This document shows positions 41,768 to 52,284 of a stretch of DNA of 56,945 nt, piece after piece. Position 1 is the stretch's first letter. Every line of letters starts with the position of its first letter. Location of the stretch: NCBI GenBank assembly GCA_031835245.2, contig JAVKOQ020000093.1, positions 124,001 through 180,945 on the forward strand, in the 5' to 3' direction. This DNA is from Balamuthia mandrillaris (Eukaryota). The position numbers were made by a program, and so were the translations under genes. The notes under the pieces are model-generated. The model did not search any database and was not told the DNA's origin. It saw only the letters and a program-made list of their open reading frames with translations.

Positions 41768-44700
41768 ATCCAATTTTGGTTTGAAAGACTGAAGGTTAAC
41801 CTGAACAGGGAGTAGGTCCACGATTGTTGTCCATAAACCTCTCCAAGTGTCCCGCCGCCACAACGGATGTGATACGTGGGCTCGCTCTTCATTGTACAAA
41901 CCTAGAGAGGTAAGCGTACTTGTATCTTGATAGATAGAACCCTTTCACCCTTCTGTCTCCATTCAGTGCTCATCCACAATTCCTATACCACTAAACCATC
42001 TCCAAATCACCAGCCTGATCATGAACCGAAGCGGGTTTGTCTGCGATGCCATTTTAACAGAGACGCTTCCTCGATGGCCTTCTCTGTGTGAGCTTTGTAC
42101 AAAATTGCCCTTTCCTTTTCCTTCTTGATGCTGTTTTTATTTTGTAGTTGTTTGTTTGTTTTGTTTTTTGTTAACCCCATGTTCTCTTTCTTTGTTTTGT
42201 TTTTGCTTTTGCCTTTTGTTTTGGTTTTTTTTTGGCGAGTTATTAACGTGCATTGATTTTACAGCCTTACTTTCTTGCTCTATATCAAGCACCACAATAG
42301 AGCAACTTGCCAACACTAACACTTGTCTCACCTCGCTCAATATATCAAGGTCGGCAAGACCTCCATCTCCTTAGTAGTGCAACACTAATACGCTATACAT
42401 AAGATGTACCAAAATTACGAAGGTTGGCCCTGTGGTCTCTCTTATTGACCGTTGTCGTCGGCTAACTTGTTTACGCATGAGTAATTTGAGGTTGGTAAGT
42501 GCAACTCCATCTCTCTTTATATCTTCATTCGTTCCTGTCTCTCCTCTCTCTCTCTCTCTCTCCTCGTAACCTTTGTTGATGCCATTACTCAATACCTTGT
42601 TGTTCACTAAAAGGCATCTTGACGACAGCATATTAAGAGCTATAGCAACGTACATTTTCTCTACCATTCAAGTTTTAGATCTTTCGTGTTGCGAACGTGT
42701 GTACTATACCCATTCTACTTTCATTTACCATTCTGACGGGCAATTTTTCTCTGTAGGCCTGTCAGAGATCGGCCTTGTGGCCCTACTGCAAGCATGTCCG
42801 GACCTCCGAACAATTCACCTTCCCAAAAGTACAGACGAAATTGTAGGCACTCTCAGTGATTGTTGTCCTAAGCTCGAAGAGCTTTACTTGTGCAAATCGG
42901 CACCGGTTTCACCGGAGGTAAGTGGAGGCATCAACGAATCTGTTTTGCAGAGTTTATTGATTGTTGTAAAAATTGTGAATAGGTTATTGCTATGCTTGCA
43001 AAACAATGTACTCAGCTGCGCGTTTTTTGGGCATCCAAAAGCCTCGGCATAACGGATTTCTCCCTCGCTAAACTGCTAAAGCACGGTACTCATTTACAGG
43101 AGCTGTATGTGTCAGGGCCAAACCTCACCGATTGGGCCCTGACATCCTACAGGGGGAGGAAACTAGCTTTAACGTTGTTCGAATCAAGCTCGGCTGAACT
43201 GGTAACGGACAGGTGAGACGTTTCTTGCGCTGCTGTCGGCTTGTTCGATTGATTAACATCTATCTAGTTCCATAGAAGAGATGGCCCTGTTTTGCCCAGA
43301 GATGAAGGAGCTTAATGTTTCAGGATGCAACCTACTAACCAACCTTGGGCTAAACTATTTGTGCACAGGATTTCCTGTGCTTCGTAGCCTCAACTTGGCT
43401 AACATTAATGTTAGAGACGAGCACGTTCTTTTATTGGCTGACAGCCCATGTGCTCAACATTTGCAGTATTTGGTCTTAAGGTTCCGTTTAACGTTCGTCT
43501 TGTGTTTGCATGGCCTGCCTATATCAGCCACTCACTGCTGCTCTTGTAGCAACTGCCCTGTTTCGCACAAGTATTTGCCAGACCTGTTGCAAAAAATGCC
43601 AAATATTTATAGCCTGAACCTATTTCAGTGCAACTATATTGGAGGGAGCGCCTTACTATCTGAGAAAGAGTTGGGCGATATTCCTCGAATCTCGGCTAAA
43701 GGAGAAGAGCATAATGCAAAGGGAACCGTGTTACAGGAGCAGCGGCTGGTCCTTCCTCCTCCTGAATACCCCACCCTCCTCTCGTTTTCTACTGTTGCTG
43801 TCTCTTGCCTCAACTCGATCAACTTCGGGAACTGCTCCAACTTAACCATGGATATACTCTTCTTCACGCTGACTCTTTGCCCAAGGCTTCAAGTGCTGCG
43901 CCTCTCCAACTGCAGCGCGTTACAAGCTATCGACTTTAAAACCTGCGCGTTTCCTAATTTACCAAACATTGTTGCGGACTCAAGGCAAGCAGGAGCGGAC
44001 ATGACTTCTGCGGAGGCACTCAGCTATGCAGATGGCGGCCTCTTACATCTAATAGGAACAATGCTGCCTACTCTCCATACATTGGACGTCAGCTTTCTTG
44101 GGAGTTGCGTTACGGATGTTGGCCTTGTGAAATTGGCGCGTAGCTGTACACGTTTGGAGTCTCTTAATGTGAGCAACTGTCCTCTGATCACAGATGGTAA
44201 CATCTCCTCTGTGTTCTTATCTTTATTGTTTGGTAGTCGTTACTGACTAATCCTTTCCTATTGGATGGGCCACCCGACGCTACAATTTCTTCTTCCTCCA
44301 TCGTCTGTTCTTCCGCTATTGATAGCTTCTGTCAAGGTGCTGTTTGAAGAATGCCAGTTGCTGCAAGTCCTACACTTGTCACAGTGTACATCTATAACTG
44401 ACGCCACCATCTCTATTTTGGAAGCGGCTGGGCTAGGAGCAGCACTCACCGAAGAAGAGAAACAGAAGGAAACGCAGCCGCATGTTCTGGTGCCATTTCT
44501 GCAAATTATCTCCTTGACCGATACCAAAGTCAGTGGTGAGGGCGTGGAATGGCTGCAAGGTCAACGCCCTCATCTCCAAATCCACTTTTTGCAGGCCAAG
44601 AAGAAGAAAGCTATCAAGGGGCAAGGCAAGGCGGAATGGGAACGCAGGAAAAGGGAAATGGAGGCAGAGCTAGAGCAGACCAAGATGTTCAATTCTTGGA

Positions 44701-44774
44701 ACTATTGGCGCCTTTTCCCTTCGTTACAAACGGAGGACGAGGAAGAAGATGAAGCTAAGCAAAAGGGCACATAA
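41164..44774 (+). CDS. Cysteine-containing leucine-rich-repeat protein (FBXL/AMN1-like); multi-exon
   Basis: F-box-like LPSELRVNILSQL. LRR-CC repeats such as CPEMKELNVSGCNLLTNLGL, CPRLQVLRLSNC, CTRLESLNVSNCPLITD and CQLLQVLHLSQCTSITD. Confidence 0.85.
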
Positions 44775-44800
44775 AACAATTGCATAATGATAACTGGATC

Positions 44801-46246
44801 CTAAGTCAAAGAAGATGTGCGGCCTTTAGAAAAATATGTGGAGATGTCTAAAGTCTTTGCACTTTTGGTGGATGAGGCGTCTGCCTTCTTGGATTTTCTT
44901 TGCTTGTTCGTCTTCTTCTTATGCAAAGTAGAAGTAGTGGTAGGGAGAATACTCGGAGTTTGGTTGCGATGGCTAAGGTTGGTCTCCTGTTTGTTGGCAG
45001 ACAGTGATGCATTCGCGTGATCTTCAGGCGACACGTTTGTGCCCTCGTCTGTTTCTTCATTGCTCGCTCTTTTGCGCTTCTTGTTGGGATTGTTGTGCTG
45101 ACGCTGAAAGAGGGTGGCCAGCAGATTGCGTTTAGACTGCTCGCTCTGTAACTTGAGCACCTGCCCCCAGTCATGTAGTTGTTGGGGAGGCAAAGTCTTG
45201 GCCAGCGCTGCGGCGTTCTGGATGCTCTGGTCCTCAAAGTTGGTATTCCAAAGCACGTACACTCGGCCTCCCTTCGTTTGCGCTCGTAGCAATTCCTGAA
45301 CTTGAAGATTCCAGCATTGAATCTCCTCTGGCGACAGCAGGCGGTGGCTACCGTGTCGCCTATGTATACGGATGTAGCAGAGAGTTGGCACCGTGATCGC
45401 ACATACAATGGGAACCAACCTCCCCGCTTCTTCTCCCCATTCTTGCTGGTGTTTTTGTTTGCCCTTCACAGAGACAATACTAGCAGCTGTTGTCTGGTTT
45501 GTATCGGTATCTTGAATTGCACTGGTTGTTCCTTCTTCTTTTTCGCTTCTTCCATTATGTTCCTTTTGCTGCTTGTATAGCTCTGAAGAGGCGGTCCTAA
45601 AGCTGCTTTTTGGTGTAGAAGTTGCAGTAGATGAAGAAGAAGCAGCGGTAACCGCAGCAGAAGGCGTGGAAGATTGTGCTGAAGCGAAGGAGTGTAGGGT
45701 TGCAAGCGGTTGTACCTTGTGGGGTATTCCATCTTCTGTTTCAATAAACTCATCTGTTGCAACAAGGACAAGTCCATGCTCTTTGGCCCAAGAGATGGTT
45801 TGGTCTCGGATGGTAAGGCCAGATGAAGTATTACCGGCTTCGGTACGGAGCTGAAACCATGTAGAAGAACGAAACTCGACCGCCATTGTATATTCGTTGC
45901 TGAGGTAGCTGCGGCACGTCAATACCCAGGCCTTGGTCTGTGGGGAGAGCTCAAAACCGGAGGGATACTGAAACAGGACGACTCCAAGTTTTGCGGCTTG
46001 ATGCATCGGCTCCAAACATGCATTGAATACATTCCAAAGCTGTTGCTGCAAGGACGCACTGAGGTCATTCCATTCCACCACTTGTTCCTCAGCCAATGGC
46101 TGAGTTGCACTCTCCACACGATAACGTTCCTTGATACAGGGAGGCAAAGCCGAAAAGCCCGCCTGCCGTTCAGCGGCATCAGGAACCGACATACCATGGT
46201 CAGAAATGAACTTAGGAGGCAAGAGGGAGGGAGGGAGGGAGGGAGG

Positions 46247-46289
<43 letters not shown>

Positions 46290-46643
46290 GGGAGAGCAGA
46301 GTACACTGCGTTGCGTGAACATGGCAAAGGCCTTGACATGGAAAATGAAGCCTGCGGGAGTGGCTTGTACCCAAGCTTGGCAGCGTTCACGAGGAGGGAT
46401 GGCGTAGTTGCTGCTATCAACTTCTACACAAGGAAACTTGGTGGCGTAAAAGCGCAGCCGGTCCAACGGCTTGCTACAGCCTGTCGTCGGGTAGAACCTC
46501 CCACAGCGGATCAAGTATGGATCTGTCCAGGAGCACTGTCCCATATGAACGGTTGGAGGATGGGGTTCAGCGTGCTCGCCCTCCTCCCCAGGGTGCGGGG
46601 AAGAGCCCAGAGCAGAAGTGGGGGCTGAAAAAGAACTCTCCAT
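44801..46643 (-). CDS. DUF72 (YecE/UPF0759) family protein; intron at about 46.2-46.3 kb
   Basis: GQCSWTD..., RLRFYATKFPCVEVDSSNYAIP...WVQATPAGFIFHVKAF, KLGVVLFQYPSGF, AVEFRSSTW, YIRIHRRHG, VYVLWNT...QNA. Confidence 0.9.
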
Positions 46644-46747
46644 CTCCCCTCCGAGCGGCTTGTGCAGGTGGTTGTCGTTGTTGTTCAAGGCAGCGGAGGA
46701 GGAGCAGGCAGCGCTGCTGCAGAGAACGTGCAGGAGGGGTGCCACAA

Positions 46748-46780
46748 AGGCGGGGCAAAGATCATAAGATCTAAGGACAA
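46748..46780 (+). repeat. 33-bp copy of the Fanzor-element terminus, inverted relative to 48080-48112
   Basis: AGGCGGGGCAAAGATCATAAGATCTAAGGACAA matches the reverse complement of 48080-48112 with 1 mismatch. Confidence 0.85.
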
Positions 46781-46923
46781 ACCCTCGAATATCCTGCCTT
46801 TCCGCACTATTTCTCACCAACCCGCCACCCCTCATGTCAATATTATTATCACAGAAAGAGAGGGCGAAAATTTACCCCCACTGAAGGGCCCCTTCTCTGC
46901 TTTTTCTCCCCCTACCGCCAAAG

Positions 46924-47321
46924 CTGACTTCCTTAAGAAAGCTCCCATGTTTTTGAAGGGCCTATATGATGAGGAGCTTCTTGATGAAGAACCCATTCTT
47001 GAATGGTTCACCTCCAGCAAATCTATGGACAAGGCGTTCCGCAAGGCTATCCAGCCCTTCTGCCAGTGGTTAAAGTACATTATCCCCCCCCCCAAAAAAA
47101 AAAAACACCCCATATTGATTGATCTGTTTTACAGGGAAGCTGAGGAGGATGGTTCTGAGGAAGAAGAGGAAGAGGAAGAGGTGGCAGAGCCTACTCCTAC
47201 TAAGTTTGCAAAACCTGTTGCGCCCTCCCCTTCCGCCGCGCCAGCTGCTTCGAGCAATGGCCATAAGCACGAAGATGCTGAAGAAACAGAGGACCTTGAT
47301 GATGAAATTGATGCCTTGTAA
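46924..47321 (+). pseudogene. EIF5: Orphan 3' fragment of eIF5 (W2 domain plus acidic tail); two exons, no 5' part
   Basis: KKAPMFLKGLYDEELLDEEPILEWF...FRKAIQPFCQWL|.EAEEDGSEEEE, ending in DLDDEIDAL*. Intron 47075-47134. The sequence upstream is the divergent DUF72 gene, leaving no room for the N-terminal domain. Confidence 0.75.
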
Positions 47322-47374
47322 AAGGAATCAATTCTTTAGAGGCCTAAGGAATTTATGTTGCCGTGAAACATCTA

Positions 47375-47540
47375 AGGCGGCGCCAAGATCAAGCCTGACC
47401 TGTTTCACAACCTTAATTTTCCAACAAAACAGTTTTTTGAACCAACACAACAAAAACCGTAGCAATCAAATTTTTTGTTTTGCGTGTTGCTCAGGCTCCT
47501 AAAGTACCACGTTTTTGCAGGGAACGCCAAGGTTTGGCTC
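47375..47540 (-). ncRNA. Candidate Fanzor omega-RNA scaffold
   Basis: Lies between the Fanzor fragment and the right terminus. Nested inverted repeats: AGCCTGA (47392-47398) / TCAGGCT (47491-47497) enclose the hairpin 47443-47489 and a weaker one at about 47419-47441. Confidence 0.5.
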
Positions 47541-47541
47541 C

Positions 47542-47721
47542 TTAAACTACGGGTTGGGGGCACCGAAAGGTCTTGTGGACTTGGCCGCACTTGCCGCAGG
47601 TCTTTGAAGTGTATTCCTCATCGCAGAGGCAGACCGTACAGGACGGAAATTGCTGGGCCTTGTTGAGGAGCCTCTGCCTGAAGCGATAGTGGGACCAGGT
47701 GAGCATGGCTCTGGCCGTTTG
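47542..47721 (-). pseudogene. Fanzor (eukaryotic TnpB) C-terminal RuvC/zinc-ribbon fragment
   Basis: QTARAMLTWSHYRFRQRLLNKAQQFPSCTVCLCDEEYTSKTCGKCGQVHKTFRCPQ fits the Fanzor pattern TARxMLxWSHYxFRQRL...ExYTSKTCxxCG...FxCP. The N-terminus and the final DRD.N motif are missing. Confidence 0.85.
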
Positions 47722-49397
47722 AACTGTAAGGAAGGGGGTCGCGCCACTACTTCTTCTACTCCCACTGCTACTCGGAAAAGAAGAGCGAGAAATACGGTGG
47801 TGCGTGGAGCTTTGTGGATGTGTGTCTGTGTTTACTTTTGAAACGAAAAGAAAAGAAGAGAAGAGAAGAAAAGAAAACGAGTAGCAGAAAAGTGTCAAGG
47901 CGACTGACGAGTACCAAAAGTTTATTGGCGGCAGCAGCAGCATGAGCATCCATTCCGTACACCCCACCCCACAACCCACCCTACCACTTTGCCTTCAGAG
48001 ACGTGGGAGAAGGAAGGGTTGTTTTGGCGGGAAACATGCTCATTGGCCCAAAAGACTAATGTCGTGATTACTTTTTTCGTTGTCCTTAGATCTTATGATC
48101 TTTGCGCCGCCTTAGGTTTTGTCCGTAAGGTTTTGTTTCGGTTTCCGTGCTAAATGCCACCGTAGGCCCCTGGGGTGGCATTTATTGTCGACAAAAAACA
48201 AAGAGAGAGTGAAGCCAAGCCGAGCTGCTTATGAAAGGGAGCGGCGAGCAAAAAAGAAACGAGAACGGGAGGAGAAGGAACAAGAGGAACAGCAGCGACT
48301 GAAAAAAGGCGAGAACAAAAGAATGCTTCAGACCGTCGTTGCCGAGCACGGCGGTTATCCAAAGCACCTTTCACCCAAGACCAACTACAGGAGGCTGAAA
48401 ATGAACACAGGCTGGGTTTTCCTTCAGGTTTGTCTTTATCTTTGCCTTGCCCTTGCTCTTTAACCTCACCCTCTTCACCCTCAGTTTCACCTTCACCCTC
48501 GTCCTCGTCCTCGCCCTCGCCCTGAGGAGGTCGGCGAAGAGGAGGTCAGCGAAGAGGAGGTTGGCGAAGAGGTCAATGAAGAGGGTGACAAAAAAGTTGT
48601 TGGCGAGTGGCTCAGGAAGGAGGGTACCATACATGCTGGGATGCTGAAGGAGCCTGCTGGTGAGTGACGAAGCAAGGCAGGGAGTGCAAACGAAGGTATG
48701 GTTAAAGAAGAGGAGGAGGTAAGCAAAGAGCTCAGTGACCCAGCAGCTTTCTTTTGCTGCGCTTTCTTTTCCTCCTCTTCTTTTAGGCACTTGTTTTGGT
48801 GGCGTTGCTTTCTTTCTTTCTGGAGCTGCCTTTTTCGCCGTGTCTTGGCTTCTTGTTCCTCCATTTCTTGTTGTTGCTGAGCTCGTTGACGCCTTTTGCT
48901 CTTAGCCTGCTGCTTCCGTCGTTTTTCTTTCTGGAGCTGGCACTGTTCCTTTGAGGACAAGGGCGACGGCGACGGCGAAGTAGAGGGCAAGGACAAGCAT
49001 AACTTGCAGAAGAAGCTGCTCGGCGACGCCGTTTTGATGCAGCTTGTTGTGCTCGCCTTCTTTGAAGTTTCTCTTGCGCTTTTTGTCGCTGCTGTTCCTC
49101 TCTTAACCTACCACACACAGCAGGCACCAAAACAACATCTCTCATCAAGAGCATTTCGTGAACAACTTGTTCACAGTTTTGTTTTGAAGGGATCTTAATC
49201 AACCACAACAATACCACTAAAAGCACAAAAGCGTCACCGCTGTGTTCAATGTTGGAAGGATGGAAAGGATAGGAAAACTTCTGTGGTTTGTGATGTTTGT
49301 GAAAAGCATGTTTGTTGTGCTTGTTTTCCTGTCTTTCAATTGTAGCGCCGCAGGGTGGACACAAGTATTGAGGAGTCATGTTTTTTCCCACAGAGCC

Positions 49398-49480
49398 AAA
49401 GGGGAGAAGCGTGACGTGTTAACTTGGTTCTGTGGAAGAAACATGAATTTAAAGGGGAATAGCGTGACGTGTTAACTTGG
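49398..49480. repeat. 30-bp direct repeat, 2 copies
   Basis: AAAGGGGAGAAGCGTGACGTGTTAACTTGG at 49398-49427 and AAAGGGGAATAGCGTGACGTGTTAACTTGG at 49451-49480. Confidence 0.9.
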
Positions 49481-49934
49481 CTTTGAACTTTTAATGAGAT
49501 CAGGGACGGCTGGTCACTTCTGACCCATACGGACCACCGTCAGTGGGTTAAAGACTAACTGCAGCTCACAGTTGTGCACTCCTGTAGTCAGTGCAGGTTG
49601 CTCGATGTCCACTACTTCCACTACTGGTACGCCGTACTTGACCAAATCGCCTTGAATCCCCCTCCACAGATGGTGAGAGTGGCAGCGGCCTCTTCACTGA
49701 TGGTGATGACCATGGATGAAGTCCAATTACAAATCATCGCAGTTGTCCTTGACTTGGGGCACCTGGGCAGTGAGGTCTTGAACGCAGGTCCAGGCAGACC
49801 GCCACAGTACCCAGGAATGCCTCCACGTGGAGGTTGAATCAAATGCAGCCCTGTCCCCTGCAAAGCAAATGTCCGTTGGTTGGGCGTTCCATCCTATCAC
49901 TATCCCCATTCACTATCACCTAACCTCCAGCAAA

Positions 49935-50014
49935 TTCTGCCAAGTTGGCAGAAGTTACCGCGTAACAGGGGTCTAATCGTTATTGGCGGACGCTACCGCG
50001 TAACAGTGGTCTAA
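49935..50014. repeat. Perfect palindrome followed by a 21-bp direct repeat, 2 copies
   Basis: TTCTGCCAA-G-TTGGCAGAA at 49935-49953; TACCGCGTAACAG(G/T)GGTCTAA at 49956-49976 and 49994-50014. Confidence 0.9.
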
Positions 50015-50174
50015 GATCCTCTGTGAACCCGAAAATAAAATTACCAATCTAACCCTCGACCAGAGTTGGAAAACGTAAACTAGTTCGGTCGGCTTATTAA
50101 TACAATTACAAAAATAACTAGCTACAAGTCACACTGTACACTACAAGAACACCCTTTCCACAAACATTTCCACA

Positions 50175-51484
50175 ATGGCCTCCTTTTTGGCCCTTTTCTG
50201 TATTGCAATGTGCATCTCTTCCTCCTTGGCCTGGCAGTCACCGTGGGAAAAATTGACTGTACGTTTTCCTTTTTCAAGCTTTGGTAGGCAGGTTCGGAGT
50301 TATTCCTAAACTCTCTCGTTTCTCTGTCTAGACAAATGCCAACCCTGTACCTAATGTTGGAGCTCACGAAGCCGTGGCGGTGAATTGGAAAATTTACGTA
50401 TTTGGAGGACTCACCGAGAATAGGACACTCGATTGGCCTGAAGCGTGGACGAGCATGCCCAACGTTTTGAGGTTTTTACTACCTTTTTTTCCAGAAAATG
50501 AACATTTTGCTGAACTAGGTTCTGCTTTTCAGAGTTTTTGATACCGTAACAAACCAATGGAGTGTCCCCACAACGACTGGACCAGTGCCCCCAGGCAGGT
50601 GAGCCGTTACATTTCAACCTCCCGCCTCTCGTCTTCTGTTTCCTTATAATTTTTCTGTTACATTATTTGTTGTTCCCGATAGAGCCTGGTTTGCAATGTC
50701 TGCTATTGGCTCCACCCTGTATGTTTATGGAGGTCAAGGCTTCGACCCGGTCAACCCATTTGGAGATTTCTATTCCTTCGACACACTCACCAACACGTGG
50801 ACCAACTTGACAAAGGAGGGCGGTTCCGAGATTTATCCAGTCCCAGCCCAAGGCCCCGCTCTCGTCCAAAGACAAGGCAAACTGTATCTGTTTGGAGGAT
50901 ACGGATCGAACGACCTCTGGGAGTACACGCCGTCCACCAACAGCTGGCGCGTGATGGAGACGACTAACGGAATTAAACCCTCTGTGAGGGCCTTGCCAGA
51001 ATTGAAGGTATGGCAGAACAGCTTGATGCTGTTCGGCGGGGAAGCCTGGGATGATTCCATCGGCTACTTGGCGTACAAGCAAGATATGTGGGAATACGAC
51101 TTCGGCAGCAAAAGCTGGCGCCAACGTGTCCCTGTCCAAGCGCTGGCCCGACGCAGACTACACTACGCCAGCATCATTGTGGGTAACCAGTGGCATTTCC
51201 ATGGCGGCGACTACGGTAGTTGCGCCGATTTGGATTTGTTGGTTCCGACTACAATGCTGTACGACCTGAGAGATGACCAATGGCGCGACGGATACTTGCC
51301 CTTCTATGCTGAAGGACCAGTTATCAAGAGGGCCAAATTCACACAAGTAGGCTTCAAGGTCTATATGACTGGAGGTTATGGAGGCATTAAATGCAGCAAT
51401 AGCCAACAAGAGTTCAACAATGACATGTGGACCTACGATCCTACCAATATGTTTGTTCCTCTTTCTATAGCCTTCCAGAACTAG
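50175..51484 (+). CDS. Secreted Kelch-repeat beta-propeller protein; 4 exons
   Basis: Signal peptide MASFLALFCIAMCISSSLA. Kelch GG motifs KIYVFGG, TLYVYGG, KLYLFGG, SLMLFGG, QWHFHGG and KVYMTGG, each followed by YD/FD...W. Confidence 0.88.
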
Positions 51485-52284
51485 ACCAAGATTGCCTGTT
51501 CTCCTCACCTGATGTGTTATCTGGCTACTATTACTGTGTATTATTTATTGTTATTATTATTATTTGACACATAAAAATCCTATATGTTTTTTTTTAACAC
51601 AGTGTTGCTGTATTCTGTTGATGTGTTATTATTGCCTGTGAGCTCTAAAGGCCGGGGAACACAAAGCTAGAGAGCTATGTTCCAGAAAGGACAAACACCA
51701 GAGTGTGACCATTCAGGCCAGGGAGAGGAAACAGCTGGAAAAGTGGTTTTCATGGAGGGCGTGTAGTGAGAATGAGCCAGAGCTGTTGATAGGGAATAAC
51801 CCTGCGGATCAAGAAAGGGACGGAACATAAGCGACTCTGGGTTTATTCACATGAAAAAGGGGTGTGGACCAAAGTGTGTGCTTTGAATGTGTCACGAGAA
51901 AAAGGGGAAAATAAAAAGGGGTGAGAGAATTTGGAGGAACCAGGGAGAGTGTCAACAGGAAGTCATAATGATGTGAATTGTTGGTTTTCCAACAGAGCAA
52001 CAAACATGTTAACAGTTCTTCTCTAGCTTTATGTCCATAGGTGCTGAATTCTTTGTAGTAGTAGTAATAAAAAGTTTATTTGCTCTGAGAGCAACACCAA
52101 TCTATACATAAAAGTAAGCCTTGTACATACATAGTGTACTCTTACTTTTCTTACTCCCTCATCCTCAATGCCTTCCCAATTGTTACTCAATTCACAAGTG
52201 AAAGGTGTTGAATGAGAATTCAGACCAACTTTGTATCATCTAGCTATCCTTTTCTTTCCCTTTCCTTTTTCCTCTTTTCCTTGC

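Larger units (their letters stand above)
47375..48112 (-). mobile_element. Non-autonomous TIR element (738 bp) carrying a Fanzor/TnpB remnant; TA target-site duplication
   Basis: Both termini read AGGCGGCGC(C/A)AAGATCA inward, and TA lies at 47373-47374 and 48113-48114. A Fanzor-like peptide is encoded internally. Confidence 0.75.

Noticed and set aside
47542..47979. The 145-aa ORF as an intact functional nuclease
   Set aside because: Its first 85 or so residues are intron-like low-complexity sequence. RuvC-I, the REC/WED region, the fourth zinc ligand and the final catalytic Asp motif are absent.
47372..48115. PIF/Harbinger assignment from TAA/TTA flanks
   Set aside because: The left flank is TAA and the right is TTA, which is not a direct duplication. 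TA with an A-initiated TIR fits better. The transposase superfamily remains undetermined.
49398..50014. Spaced direct repeats as a CRISPR array
   Set aside because: Only two units each, two unrelated repeat sequences, spacers of 23 and 17 bp, no cas genes, and a eukaryotic context.
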